In this document: positions 13,321 through 25,096 of the stretch, piece after piece
How the letters are laid out: every line of letters begins with the position of its first letter
Numbering within the stretch: the first letter of the stretch is position 1
Source: Octopus sinensis
Taxonomy: Eukaryota
NCBI RefSeq assembly: GCF_006345805.1
Contig: NC_043007.1
Coordinates: forward strand, 52,948,001 to 53,012,000
Length of the DNA: 64,000 nucleotides
Direction: 5' to 3'
Notes under the pieces: generated by a model
Seen by the model: the letters and a program-made list of their open reading frames with translations, nothing else
The model's database searches: none
What the model was told of the DNA's origin: nothing
Made by a program: the position numbers and the translations under genes

Positions 13321-14549
13321 CTTTTCTAGAGTTGAGTTGGGGGGGGGGACCAGCTGAGAAAGGTTCCACCAGTGAAAAGAGAGGGAGAGATAGTGGGGGG
13401 GTGCAGGTAATATAGGGAAGCACCAGTTGGGGAAGGTTGGGGTAAGGAGGAACGATGACAGGGAAGGGTTAGTGCAGGTTCGTAAGAAATAAAAACGTAG
13501 GATATCACGAGGCGGGGAGGGGACTGGAAGGAGATAGTCGGATTGAGGCAGTGACAAATTCAAAACAGGAGGTAACGTAAGATCAGTGGGGCGGTTGATG
13601 AGCTGCGGCGCTAGCAGCTTGTCTTGGTGGGGGGAAGGGGTAGTACACAGTGAAAGCATGTGAGGAGGAGGGGTAGGAGGGAGAGTCACACGTAATGGTG
13701 GTGGGGGAGGAGGAGGGCATATCCGGTGTAAATGGTGAGAACAGTGTTCACCGGTATTGGTGGTGGGGGTGGGAGGGCGATGTCATCGCCAAATGGCGGG
13801 AAGATGGAATTAAGGATTGAAGGTAACCTTAAACGGTTAAATTTCGTAGAGTAAGATAGGAAAAAAACAAAGCAAGTTAAGACATTTAACGAATGAGCAA
13901 CGAATGAAGAGAAAGATCGGAAAAAAACAAAGCAAGTTAAGACATTTAACGAATGAGCAACGAATGAGAGGTACGGAAGATAAATGAGATAAAAATCTTT
14001 TAACTTGCTGTGGACATCAAGCCGGAAGTTGATTTGGAGAAAAAGGAAGTTTGAATTGGGGATTGTAATGGCCAAATGGCGGGAAGATGGAATTAAGGAT
14101 TGAAGGTAACCTTAAACGGTTAAATTTCGTAGAGTAAGACAGGAAAAAAACAAAGCAAGTTAAGACATTTAACGAATGAGAGGTACGGAAGATAAATGAG
14201 ATAAAAATCTTTTAACTTGCTGTGGACATCTCATGAATATAATGGCGGTGCATCAGCATGGCAACAGCTATGAGCTGAAACTACAGTATTAAAAAAAATG
14301 CCACCTAAATGTGGCGGTCTCATAGTGCACGATGCTACTGTTGTTTATAGCCCCAGGAAGAAATCTCTTCCAGCTGGCTAACGACACACTGTCTGTGTCT
14401 GATTAGTATTTGCGAAGGGAAATCATCGTTCCCATCTCTAGCCTTACGTAATACACACTGACCCAGAGCTCAGTGTAGTAACCCATCATCGGTGTGTGGC
14501 AATCACCAGCCTGAGTTTTATTATTGCTCTCCCTCCCTCTCTCTATATC

Positions 14550-14589
<40 letters not shown>

Positions 14590-15084
14590 ACACACACACA
14601 CACACACTTCATATTTTTAATGTCTATAATATTTTAAAGATATTTCTTTCAGATCAGTCTTACATATTAGAGCTATATACTTGAAAATTTTTCAAACAAT
14701 CCAAAAAAGATATAAATCAAATATTGAGCCAACAGTTACACATGTTCTCAAAGAATAAAACTACATTTCTCTCAGGTACTAGGTAGCAAACCAATATCCA
14801 CACCAATTTATCAGATAAGTACAATCCAACATAAAATTTCAAATCAGTGACACACAGGAAACTGTGGAAAAATGCTTTGTTCTTTTCACAATCCAACCTA
14901 TAAACTAAATAGTGAATAATCTTTGGATGCTTCTTTATATTAAATATAGATTTCCAGAGTATATGATCTGGCAGTTAAATATCACCAAAATCATGGAAAA
15001 CACCCATATCTTATGCTCTCACTAGTATTTCTAAATCATAAAGCAATACAGATATATTTTAAATTTCTCCAAACCATTCCCACT

Positions 15085-15447
15085 TTATGAGTGAAATCGA
15101 TCAACATCAATGGAAATTGTAGTTGTGATACCAGTGCCGGTGGCACATAAGAGAATCATCCAAACGTGGTCATTGCCAGCGCCGCCCCAACTGGCCTCCG
15201 TGCCGGTGGCACGTAAAAAGCACCATCCAATCGTGGCCGTTGCCAGCCTCGTTTGGCACCTGTGCCGGTGGCACATAAAAAGCACCCACTATACTCATGG
15301 AGTGGTTGGCGTTAGGAAGGGCATCCAGCTGTAGAAACACTGCCAGATCAGACTGGGCCTGTGCAGCCTTCTGGCTTCCCAGACCCCAGTTAAACCGTCC
15401 AACCCATGCTAGCATGGAAAGCGGACGTTAAACGATAATGATGATGA
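15085..15447 (+). mobile_element. RTE LINE 3'UTR fragment
   Basis: Same 3'UTR family, ending GGACGTTAAACGATAATGATGATG. Confidence 0.85.
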
Positions 15448-16181
15448 TTTGTTGTGCAGCAGATATTTTCCATGTGTACACCCACATAAAAACACGAGTG
15501 CATACACACATAATATGCTCATCAGCTAAACAGAAACTGATTGACAAGAGCTACAATATACTGATAGATTAACATCATAGTAAGTAATTTACAGAGTACA
15601 ATTTTTTAAAAAGTTTATGGTGTAATCAGCTTTCACACAATATTAAATATTCCACTAACATTTTGTTTCCTGGGATTAAGGTAGCTGATAAAAGTAATTA
15701 GAGTAGTGTTCTTATATCCAAGAGAGTGTTACTGTTACAAATACACACCTTACTGCACCCAAAAGAAAACCAGTCAGCTGATTGACAGGTTCAGCAACAC
15801 ACTACAACTCCTAGCTCACAAATACAATCTTTCTTCTGTTTTATGTACATTCCTCTGAACTAGCCAGCTGCATTCTTACAAATCCACCAATGCACTCTCC
15901 TCTCCTACTCTCATAAACCTTACTGTATAAAGGAGAATCTGAATTAAACCCTTTGTCCAATCAATCCTCTCTAGAGCTATGTAGCCACTTGGAATTCATC
16001 CCTCAGATTGTTGAAAATGAACATCGATCTCAGTTTAAGAGAGTTTACAATAATAATGAAGGACACTCCTCCTCTAGTAAATAAAAAAAAATCTCATAAT
16101 AAAGCCTTAATAGTCATGTTCAAATACAAGTGTGGAGTATTAAACTGATTTATGCAAAATTAATAGTCAATTGAATTTTAC

Positions 16182-16306
16182 CTGACACCTTCTGGCATAA
16201 TGATATTCTTGCCCTGTTGACCTTCTACATTATTTACCAAAACAAAGTCAGCATCAAAGCTCTCTGGTGTAAACAATTTATTCACAAAGGATGTCAAAAG
16301 ACGCTG
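16182..16306 (-). pseudogene. DYNC1H1: Orphan exon fragment of cytoplasmic dynein heavy chain (C-terminal motor region)
   Basis: Open frame QRLLTSFVNKLFTPESFDADFVLVNNVEGQQGKNIIMPEGV(R) resembles cytoplasmic dynein HC [21 protein letters not shown]...DIQMPDGIR. Ends at a donor AG|GTAAAA. The 5' side abuts (TA)n. No other dynein exon was found in the window. Confidence 0.78.
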
Positions 16307-16849
16307 ATATATATATATATATATATATTACAGATATAGGATAAAGAATTATTAATTTAATAATTAATAAATTTTACCAAGTAGTTTCGGTATGGAAAGA
16401 GAACCATTATCGGTAGAAACTTTTACAAAAAATTTTTTATATATAATTAAATATAATTAAGGGTTTAGCAACAAGAAGCAACTTGTTGCTAAACCCTTAA
16501 TGATATTTAATTATATATATATATATATTTATATATATGCATACATGTGCATGTCAATATATCGAAAATATATTATTACGATAAAGACGCAATTGTCAGC
16601 ATGGAAGGAGACAATAATGAAAAATTTTTTCTTAGCTTCAAACAGGCTAAATAAAAGCACTTACCTTCAGCATTCCTTATGTGTATGATACTTAAGCAAA
16701 AATGCAAACAAACCTCCAATTTACGTAGTTTCAATAGTTTATGTTTTGAGCAACAAGTTGCAGTCTTTGGGACCATAATTTGAAAAGAAATGCAAAATGT
16801 GTGGTGTGTTCAATTATACTCTTTTTAATTTTATTTTCAAGTTGATATC

Positions 16850-18310
16850 TTGATGTCAGATAGATTTTCCTTGATCCACATGCAACACATGACCGTACCA
16901 GTGCAGTCGTCTCTCTTGGACACCACATCTGATGCTTCTTATGTCCAACTTTTCACTCAGGGTGCTTACATTCTGTCGTGTATGTACACTGACATTACAA
17001 ATCCAGCAGAGCATACTCGCTTTGTTCCTTGCAAGCTTACACATGTCCTCGGCAGTCATGGCCCATGTTTCACTGCCATGTAGCATGGCTATTCGTACAC
17101 ATGCATCATACAGTCTATCTTTTACTCTGAGCGAGATGCCCTTTGTCACCAGCAGAGGAAAGAGCTCTTTGTACTTTACCCAGGCTATTCTTATTCTACC
17201 AGCTACACTTTCAGAGCACCCACCCCTGCTACTGATTTTGTCATCTAGGTAACGGAAACTATCAACTACTACTAGTTTTTCTCCCAGGAATGTGGCAGAA
17301 GTTGTTCTCTACACATGTTTTAAGTGTTTATTGCTCCTGAGCCTCTGCCACATACAAAAACTATGTTCCTAGTTAGCCTCTCCTTTGATATTGCTGCACC
17401 TCTTATGTGTCCATAGCTTACACCAGGTACATCTTATGGAGTTTCTACCTCCGCCTTTTCTACAGATCGAGCAGGGCCATCTACCTGAAGGGACTTGTAA
17501 TTTGTCTGCCTTCCTACTTATTAAGATTTTGGTTTTTGTTAGACTGACTCTAAGGCCCTTCCATTCTAGACCTTGCTTCCACACCTGAAACTTCTCTAGT
17601 TCTGATTGTGACTCAGCAATTAGAGCAAGGTTGTCAGCATAGAGGAGCTCCCAGGGGCATCCTGTCTTGAATTCCTGTTATTGCAGGGAGGACTATGATA
17701 AATAGGAGGGGGCTGAGGACTGAACCTTGTTGGACCCCTACCTCTACCCGGAATTCTTCACTGTACTTGTTGCCAACCCTCATGCAACCTTGCACAGCTC
17801 TTCATCTATCCCTAGTTTCCTCATTGACCACCAGATAAGGGATCGGGAGACCCTGTCAAAGGCTTTCTCCATGTCAAAGAAAGCCATGTACAGAGATTTA
17901 TCTTTGACCAGGTATTTCTCCTGCAGCTGTCTTACCAGAAATATAGCAGCAGTGGTGCTTTTTCCTGGCACGAACCCGAACTGCACCTCATCTAAACTGA
18001 CTCTCTCCCTAATTAGTTGGGCTATGACCCTCTCCGTGACCTTCATTACCTGATCCAACAACTTGATATCTCTGTAATTATTTGCATCTTAAGCATCACC
18101 TTTACCTTTGTAGTAGTTGACTAAGGTGCTGCTACACCAGTCATGTATCACCTGGTTAACTATACGGGTGACTAGGCTATAGCTGACACTACCAGATATT
18201 TTGAGCATCTCTGCAGTGATTCCTGATGGGTCAGGGTCTTTCTCTGTCTTCATACTCTTAATTGCTTTATCTAGCAAGGTACTGTCAATTTGGATAGCTG
18301 GCCCCTCTGT
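16850..18310 (-). mobile_element. Degenerate RTE LINE (RT region)
   Basis: Fragments QFGFVPGKSTTAAIF, DMEKAFDRV, LHGSETW. Confidence 0.88.
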
Positions 18311-18422
18311 CGACATTCAGCAACTCAAGTATGAAATTTGTAGTAAGGTATATGGTAAACAGCAGCTAATTTTGCACTTTGTGAAGTATTTATAAATTGT
18401 TTTTTAGTATTTTTGTTTTGTA

Positions 18423-19380
18423 ATGGGTAAGTCGGAAATTTACACAGTTTTGAAACATGAGTTCTCTCTTGGAAATACAGCATCACAGACAGCTCGGAAT
18501 ATTAATGGAGTATTTCATTCTAATGTTATTACACAGCAGACAGTATCTAATTGGTTTGCAAAATTTTGATCTGACAACTTTGACTTCACAAATGAGGAAC
18601 ACGTTTGACCAGAAACAAAGGTGGATAATGACAAACTGAAAACCACCGTCGAGTCAGATATATCTCAAAGAGCTCATGAATTATTGTTGCTGTTTGGTGT
18701 TAGCAGGCAAACAATACTGACTCACCTAGTTCAAATTGGGAAAAAGTTGGATAAGTGGGTTCCACATGAACTTAATGAAAATCAGAAACAGTAACATTCG
18801 GAAGCCTGCATTATGCTACTTCCTCGTCACAAAAATGAATCATTTTTGAATTGAATTGTAACGTGATGAGAAATGGATCCAATGCAACAACCGTAAACAT
18901 TCAGCACAATGGTTAGACAAGGACGAGCCACCAAAAAGCAAAATCCATCAAAAGAAGCTGATGGTGTGTGTTTGATGGTCTGGCGCAGGTGGGATCCATT
19001 ATGATTTCATTAAACCTGACTCATCAACCACAGCTGAAGTATACTGCAGCCAACTGGACCAAATGATGCAGAAAATAATAAAAAAATAGCCTATATTAGT
19101 CAATATATCCACTCTTATTTTATTGCAAGACAACGCCAGACCACACATTGCAAAAATGACACTGGCAAAACTTGTTGGAGTTGGAAGTTCTCCGTCATCC
19201 TCACTGACAACCACTTCTTCCAGAATTTAGATAACTTTTTGATAGGAAAAAAATTTAATTTCAACAATGCTGAAAAACAGGCCTTCCAAGATTTTATTGA
19301 CTCTAGGTAGCCAGACTTTTACACTTCCAGGCTGGACAAACTACCGCTGAAATGACAATACAGGTGCATACTTTGATGAA
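18423..19380 (+). mobile_element. Mariner (HsMar1/SETMAR-like) transposase pseudogene
   Basis: Remnants KLDKWVPHELNE, IVT.DEKW, LLQDNARPH with stops and frameshifts. Confidence 0.85.
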
Positions 19381-19454
19381 TAAAACTATTCCTTGTAGTT
19401 ATAAAACACTAGCAGAGATACCTGGCGTTGCTCAGGTTACAATGATATAGTTTT

Positions 19455-19640
19455 TCATGTGACTGTGGCCATGCTGGAGCACCGCTTTTAGTCAAAGAAA
19501 TAGACCCCAGGATTTATTCTTTGTAAGCCTAGTACTTATTCTATCGGTGTGTTTTGCCAAACAGCTAAGTTACGGGTATGTAAACACAGCAACATCGGTT
19601 GTTAAGCAATGGTGGGAGTATAAACACAGACACACACACA
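19455..19640 (-). mobile_element. SINE 3' part
   Basis: GACTGTGGCCATGCTGGAGCACCGC...TTATTCTTTGTAAGCCTAGTACTTATTCTATCGG is the reverse complement of the SINE tail at 48700-48800. Confidence 0.8.
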
Positions 19641-20025
19641 TATATATACGTATTATATATATTTCTACATACATACATACATATATGTATGTATGTCTCC
19701 ACTGTCCTGTTTTTGTTCCAAAGTTTGACCCTCTATAAATCCAAAATTTCAGTCTGGAAATTATGGGAGCAACTGTCTTCAAAGACTCATATTGTCATTG
19801 AATGCTCGAAATGAAGAGTAGATAGATAGCAACAACTGATGAAGGGTTGTTCTCTGTGTTATTTGTCCTGTTTTCCATTTTTTCTCTCATTGTTTGCATA
19901 TTTAACTCCTTTGTTTTCGTACTTCACGTTGTTTGCACGGTTGGTGACATCCTGTACCCATATATGCATATATGTGTATATATATATATCTGTAATATAA
20001 TATGTGACAATTGTTTGGTTGCCAT

Positions 20026-20086
20026 AATAATACTCTGAGTTTCGGATGTCAGGGCGGAAAACTGCTCTGGCGTCTCGTCAGTTACC
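20026..20086 (-). ncRNA. Minimal type I hammerhead ribozyme motif
   Basis: Minus strand reads GGTAA CTGACGA GACGCCAGAGC-loop-GCCCTGACATCC GAAAC TCAGA GTA TTATT: intact core, stems I to III, GUA triplet. Confidence 0.72.
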
Positions 20087-20176
20087 GAGGCAATAAAAAA
20101 GTGCTGCAGATAAATTCGTCTATTTACACAATATTGAGGTCTCATTCATTCTTTTGTTGTCTTACCATTATTATTA

Positions 20177-20211
<35 letters not shown>

Positions 20212-20223
20212 TTTATATTATAA

Positions 20224-20306
<83 letters not shown>

Positions 20307-20491
20307 TATATTCACACACATATATAATTATAAATATATATACTTATATAAATATTCAAATGAATATGGTACTTAAGTCAAATGCACCAGAATTTTTATA
20401 TGGTGTAATCCATATAAATCCATGGGGTGATTATAATCAAAGTAAGCAACAAGAATATCTTCGGCAGAAGATATTCTTGTTGCTTACTTTG

Positions 20492-20531
<40 letters not shown>

Positions 20532-20835
20532 TGTATCTGTATATATGTTTATATCTGGGTGACAATCATAATGAAGCTTAGGGTTGTAGTCGAAAAACCT
20601 TTTAATGACCATCATGAGATGCATGGCGTTGAAAACCACCCATCTATTAGCTCTTTCTTGAACGGAAGTCTGCAGCATAATAAATCTCTGTTGTAAGCTC
20701 ATACAACAGCCATATTGTCAGTATTCCTGACCAGGTATGTAGTGTGTCGGTTTTCATCCTCTGCAGCTCATGCAGCAGCAATTGACGCATCGGTAGTATT
20801 CAGTCTCCACAGCTCGTGCAGCAGCAATTGATGTA

Positions 20836-22120
20836 CGTTCAATAAGTAATGCTCCTGACCCACTTCCCATAGTAGTAGAGTAACAAAACTCGGCACAGGT
20901 ATTAGTCTTTTTCTACATAGGAACCACCCAGAGTTACGCATTTCTCCCATCGTTTGATGCAGCTCTGGATACCGTTTTTGTAGAAGACCCCAGCTTGGTC
21001 CTCCAACCACGACGTGACTTCAGAAATCAAGGCTGCATCATCTGGTAAACGCTTTCCTTTCAAAAACAACTTCATGGGTGGGAAGAGGTGAAAATCAGAG
21101 GGTGCAAGATCAGGAGAGTAAGGGGATGGGGGAGAAGTTCATAGCCGCACGCCTGTGCTTTTGATCTGGCGACACGAGAGTTGTGGACCGGAGCGTTGTC
21201 CTGCAGGAGGAGGATGCCTTTGCTGATCTTGCCCCGCCTCTTGATTTTGATAGCTTCTCTTAATTTCCTCAAAAGTGAAGCATAATAGGCTCCTGTAATT
21301 GTGGTACCCTTTGCCAGAAAATCTGTCATCACTACTCCGTCCTGGTCCCAGAAGACTGTGAGCGTGACCTTGCCAGTGGAGGGATGCACCCTTGCCTTCT
21401 TTGGAGGAGGTGAGTCACGGCGCTTCCACTGCATTGACTGGGCTTTGGTCTCTGGATCATAGTGATGGACCCAGGTTTCATCCTGTGTAATCAGTCTTTT
21501 GAAATATTTTGACTCATCTTCTTGGCACATCTCCAAATTTATCCTCGAGCATTCGACGCGTTCTTGCTTCTGAAAAGGTGTGAGCAACCTGGGAATCCAT
21601 CTGGCAGACACCTTTTGCATATGTAAATGGTCATGAATGATAGTTTCCACAGACCCGGTACTAATCTTGACTTCATGGGCTATTTGGCGAATAGTTATGC
21701 GTCGATCTTCCAAAATGGCAGCCTCAACTTGACGGACAGATGCCTCATCAATGGCAGAAGGGGGGCGACCAGATCTGGGAGCTGTTTCCACAGAGTACAG
21801 ACCAAGTTTGAATTCACGATGCCAGCGTTTTACAAGGTCATATGATGGGGTATCATCACCATAAGTTACTTTCATTTCATCAAAAGTTTCCCGTGGTGTG
21901 CGTCCTTTCAAATACAAAAACCGGATCACTGCTCGACACTCAACAGGCTCCATTTCACACCTGACTCAGTTTAAACACCTGTAAATCAGAAACCACAATT
22001 AGTTCAGAGCTGTAATTTCCCATTTAATCTATAGAGATATAAATAATTGCACATGCAAAATTTCAGCTAGATCAAACAACTGCAATTGGGTCAGAGGCAT
22101 TACTTATTGAACGCCCCTCG
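20836..22120 (-). mobile_element. Near-complete mariner transposon (irritans-like); ORF 21072-21953 frameshifted near YSPDLAPSD
   Basis: 293-aa ORF with HTH region, WIPRLL, TQDETW, QDNAP. TIR CGAGGGGCGTTCAATAAGTAATGC next to TA at 22121; the other TIR is terminally clipped at 20836. Confidence 0.92.
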
Positions 22121-23612
22121 TAGCATCAGTAGTTCGTCAAAGTTTACACTGGGGTTCAGTGTCTGCAGCTCATGCAGCATCAGCAGTTTGTCAAACTTTA
22201 TGCTGGTCATCTGTTTGGAGTGCTCTTGTAGTGGCTCTATGTTCAGCATTTTGTGATCGTCTAATAGAAGTTTCCAATGATGATTCATTTGCCCTCCCAA
22301 CTGATGACCTTGCTGCTTTCGCAGTTTTTCGGCCAATTGAATAACTCTTGCTTTGGGGCATGACCTAAAAGAAGCAGGAGGAAATGCACTCAGATACACT
22401 GTTAAGTATTAAATATTAACTGAAAGGTTACTACGTAACTGTAAAAAACTTGCAACCTTGCAACTGCTGCGGTAATAATTAACTGGTAGTTGAATGGTAA
22501 AAGTGTAACATAAAATGATGTTAGTGTTATGACATTAGAATGAAAATGGAAACAATAAAAGCGAAACAGTATTATAGTCTTATCACATTAGAATGAAAAG
22601 GGTAATAATAAAACTGAAGTGATTTTATATGACATTACAATATAGATGCTATTGTCTCACTTTTAGCACATAATAGTGAACCAGTGTAAAAGATTACTCT
22701 GCATCCGCATTAGGCAAGAAGTTAGAAATTGTTTTGGTCCATGACACTCCATGGACCATAAGTATGACATGTGTAAAAATTTTTTTAAATTAATAACTCA
22801 TCAGTAAATTAAATTCTGGATGGTTGTGATTTACATTAGCCATGAGCACCATTGTAGCCTGGAATTGGATAAGGAAAGGGTTAATAAAAGAGCAATTGGA
22901 TGAATTGCTTAGTTTTGTTTAGTGGTGCTCGTGGGGAAGAAGCCCCTGTTCATGCTGCGTCTGAGTCTACAAATGGTTAGAAGCAAGCTGGTAGGTCTGC
23001 AGGCTCGCATTAATCAAGAAGCAAAAAATTATTGGTAAATTTTAGGAAGTGCACCTGCACGCATTTCACTAAGAAAAATGGAAAAAACTTGTATTGGGGG
23101 GGGGGGGGGGCTTGGAATCAAACACCCTGTATTCTTAATCTCAGTATGTTTTGAAGTAGAATAAAGAAAAGAAATGGAGAAGAAGTAAAAATGTAAAAAA
23201 TTGACTGCCCGCATTAGGCAAGTAAGAAATTATTTTGAAAAAATTAAAATGAAAAACTTGGGGTAGGGACAGGGAGTTGAAAATGAAACATATTTTTTGT
23301 GAATAATTGGAATGTCCATCATTGAAAACATAGGAATCCACTGGAAAAGAAGGAAAGAAAAGTGGTGAGGGTTGACGTGCAGGTGTACTTGTAAACATTA
23401 ATCAATTTGGCTGATATTTCTAGCACGTCCTGCTACCACTGAACAGGTATTTGCGAATAGCTGTTACATGGAAGTAGCATGTGCTAGAAATAGCAGTCAA
23501 ATGTTTCATTTTCTGTGGAAAGGAGCTGTTTACGCGTCATTTCGATGTCATGTTAGTAGAAGTGTTAAGATGAAACTGTAAATGTAAATAACTTGCAACA
23601 TTGTAACAGGTG

Positions 23613-23985
23613 TCATCATCATCATCATCATCATCGTTTAACATCCGTTTTCCGCGCTAGCACGGGTTGGACGGTTCGACTGGAGTCTGGGAAGCTAGGG
23701 CTGCACCAGGCTCCAGTCTGATCTGGCAGTGTTTCTACAGCTGGATGCCCTTCCTAACGCCAACCACTCCGCGAGTGTAGTGGGTGCTTTTTACGTGCCA
23801 CTGGCACGGAAGCCAGCCAAGGCGGCGCCGGCATCGGCCATGTTCGGATGGTGCTTTTTATGTGCCACCGGCACAGAAGCCAGTTGAGGCGGCGCTGGCA
23901 ACGGCCACGTTCAGATGGTGCTTTTTATCCGAACACCATCCGAACGTGGCCGTTGCCAGTGCCACCTCGAATGGCTTCTGTGCCT
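23613..23985 (-). mobile_element. RTE LINE 3'UTR fragment
   Basis: (CAT)n tail plus the conserved RTE 3'UTR with ~60-bp repeats. Confidence 0.85.
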
Positions 23986-24756
23986 ACAAACTAGTCATTG
24001 AATGATAAATGTGTAAATTCAAATTAAAAGTGAATCAAACAAAGTGAAACATTGTTATGAACCAATTAGGCTGGTATTTCTAGCATGTCCTGCTACCACT
24101 GAACAGGCATTTGTGATAATGGACATGCTGTTATTGCAAATAGCTGTTACGTGGTAGCAGTGTGTGCTACAAATAGCAGCCAAGTATTTCATTTTCTGTA
24201 GAAAGGAGCTGTTTATGTGGTGGGGGAATTCGGACTTTCGGGAGAAAATCTGAGGTCCCCCATCACAACCCTCCCTTTGTTTCTGAAGAAAAATAGGAGG
24301 TTTGTGGCATACTGGGAGTTGAGGGTACTTGATTCCACACAAGAAATCCCTTTTTTTATCCTTAGTGAAACACATGTGGATGCATTTATCAAAATTGATC
24401 CAATTTACAAATGAAAGAGGTTATGTACCGAATTCAGCAGAATGAATGAATGGATTTTACTTGATCAGTATTGCTGTGATAGAGTAATATTGTGAAAGGC
24501 AAGGCAAGAGAAATGGTAAGAGCAAAGGAGAAAGTGGTTATGTATTGCGTACCAAATTTTGTCGTTTGCCTCAACTTTAATTTTGGGTGTTGTGTGAGAA
24601 GTAAGTTTCATTTCCCTGTTGTGGAAAGCAAATGAGAATGAAATGTAAGGAGACAATGTTTTTGAGATTCCGGTTCGAATCTAAGGCAGGGCTGAAAGGG
24701 TTCCCAACAGCTGACAGACACACACACACATACATTCTAGTCTTTATATATATGTG

Positions 24757-25087
24757 AAGGTGAAAGGCTCAGTGGTTAGAGCGTTGAGCTTACGATCGTG
24801 AGGTTGTGAGTTTGAATCCTGGACCGGGCTGTGTGTTGTGTTCTTGAGCAAGTCACTTTATTTCATGTCGCTCCAGTTCACTCAGCTGTAGAAATGAGTT
24901 GCGACATCACAGGTGCCAAGCTGTATTGGCCTTTGCCTTTCCCTTGGATAACACTGGTGGCATGGAGAGGGGGCCAATATGCATGGGCAACTGCTGGTCT
25001 TCCATAAACAACCTTGCCCAGATTGTGCCTTGGAGGGTAACTTTCTAGGTGCAATCCCATAGTCAGTCATGACCGAAGGGGGTCTCA
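24757..25087 (+). mobile_element. tRNA-derived SINE with V-domain-like core
   Basis: A/B box head GGCTCAGTGGTTAGAGC...GAGTTTGAATCC, then GTGTTCTTGAGCAAGTCACTT...CACTCAGCTGTAGAAATG. Confidence 0.78.
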
Positions 25088-25096
25088 GCATATATA

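Larger units (their letters stand above)
19409..24757 (-). mobile_element. Probable non-autonomous Helitron carrying nested insertions
   Basis: CTAG at 19409 with hairpin CCTGGCGTTGCTCAGG (minus-strand 3' end). Candidate 5' end ACAGACACACAC...CTTTATATATATG near 24750. The link between the two ends is inferred. Confidence 0.4.

Noticed and set aside
16182-16306. Complete nested dynein gene
   Set aside because: No neighbouring dynein exons were found on either side, and the fragment starts at a TA tract.
21072-21953. Intact transposase or domesticated SETMAR-like gene
   Set aside because: A frameshift precedes the third catalytic Asp motif, one TIR is clipped, and there is no SET domain.
24757-24830. 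tRNA-like sequence with A and B boxes
   Set aside because: It continues into a SINE core and tail, so it is a SINE head rather than a tRNA gene.
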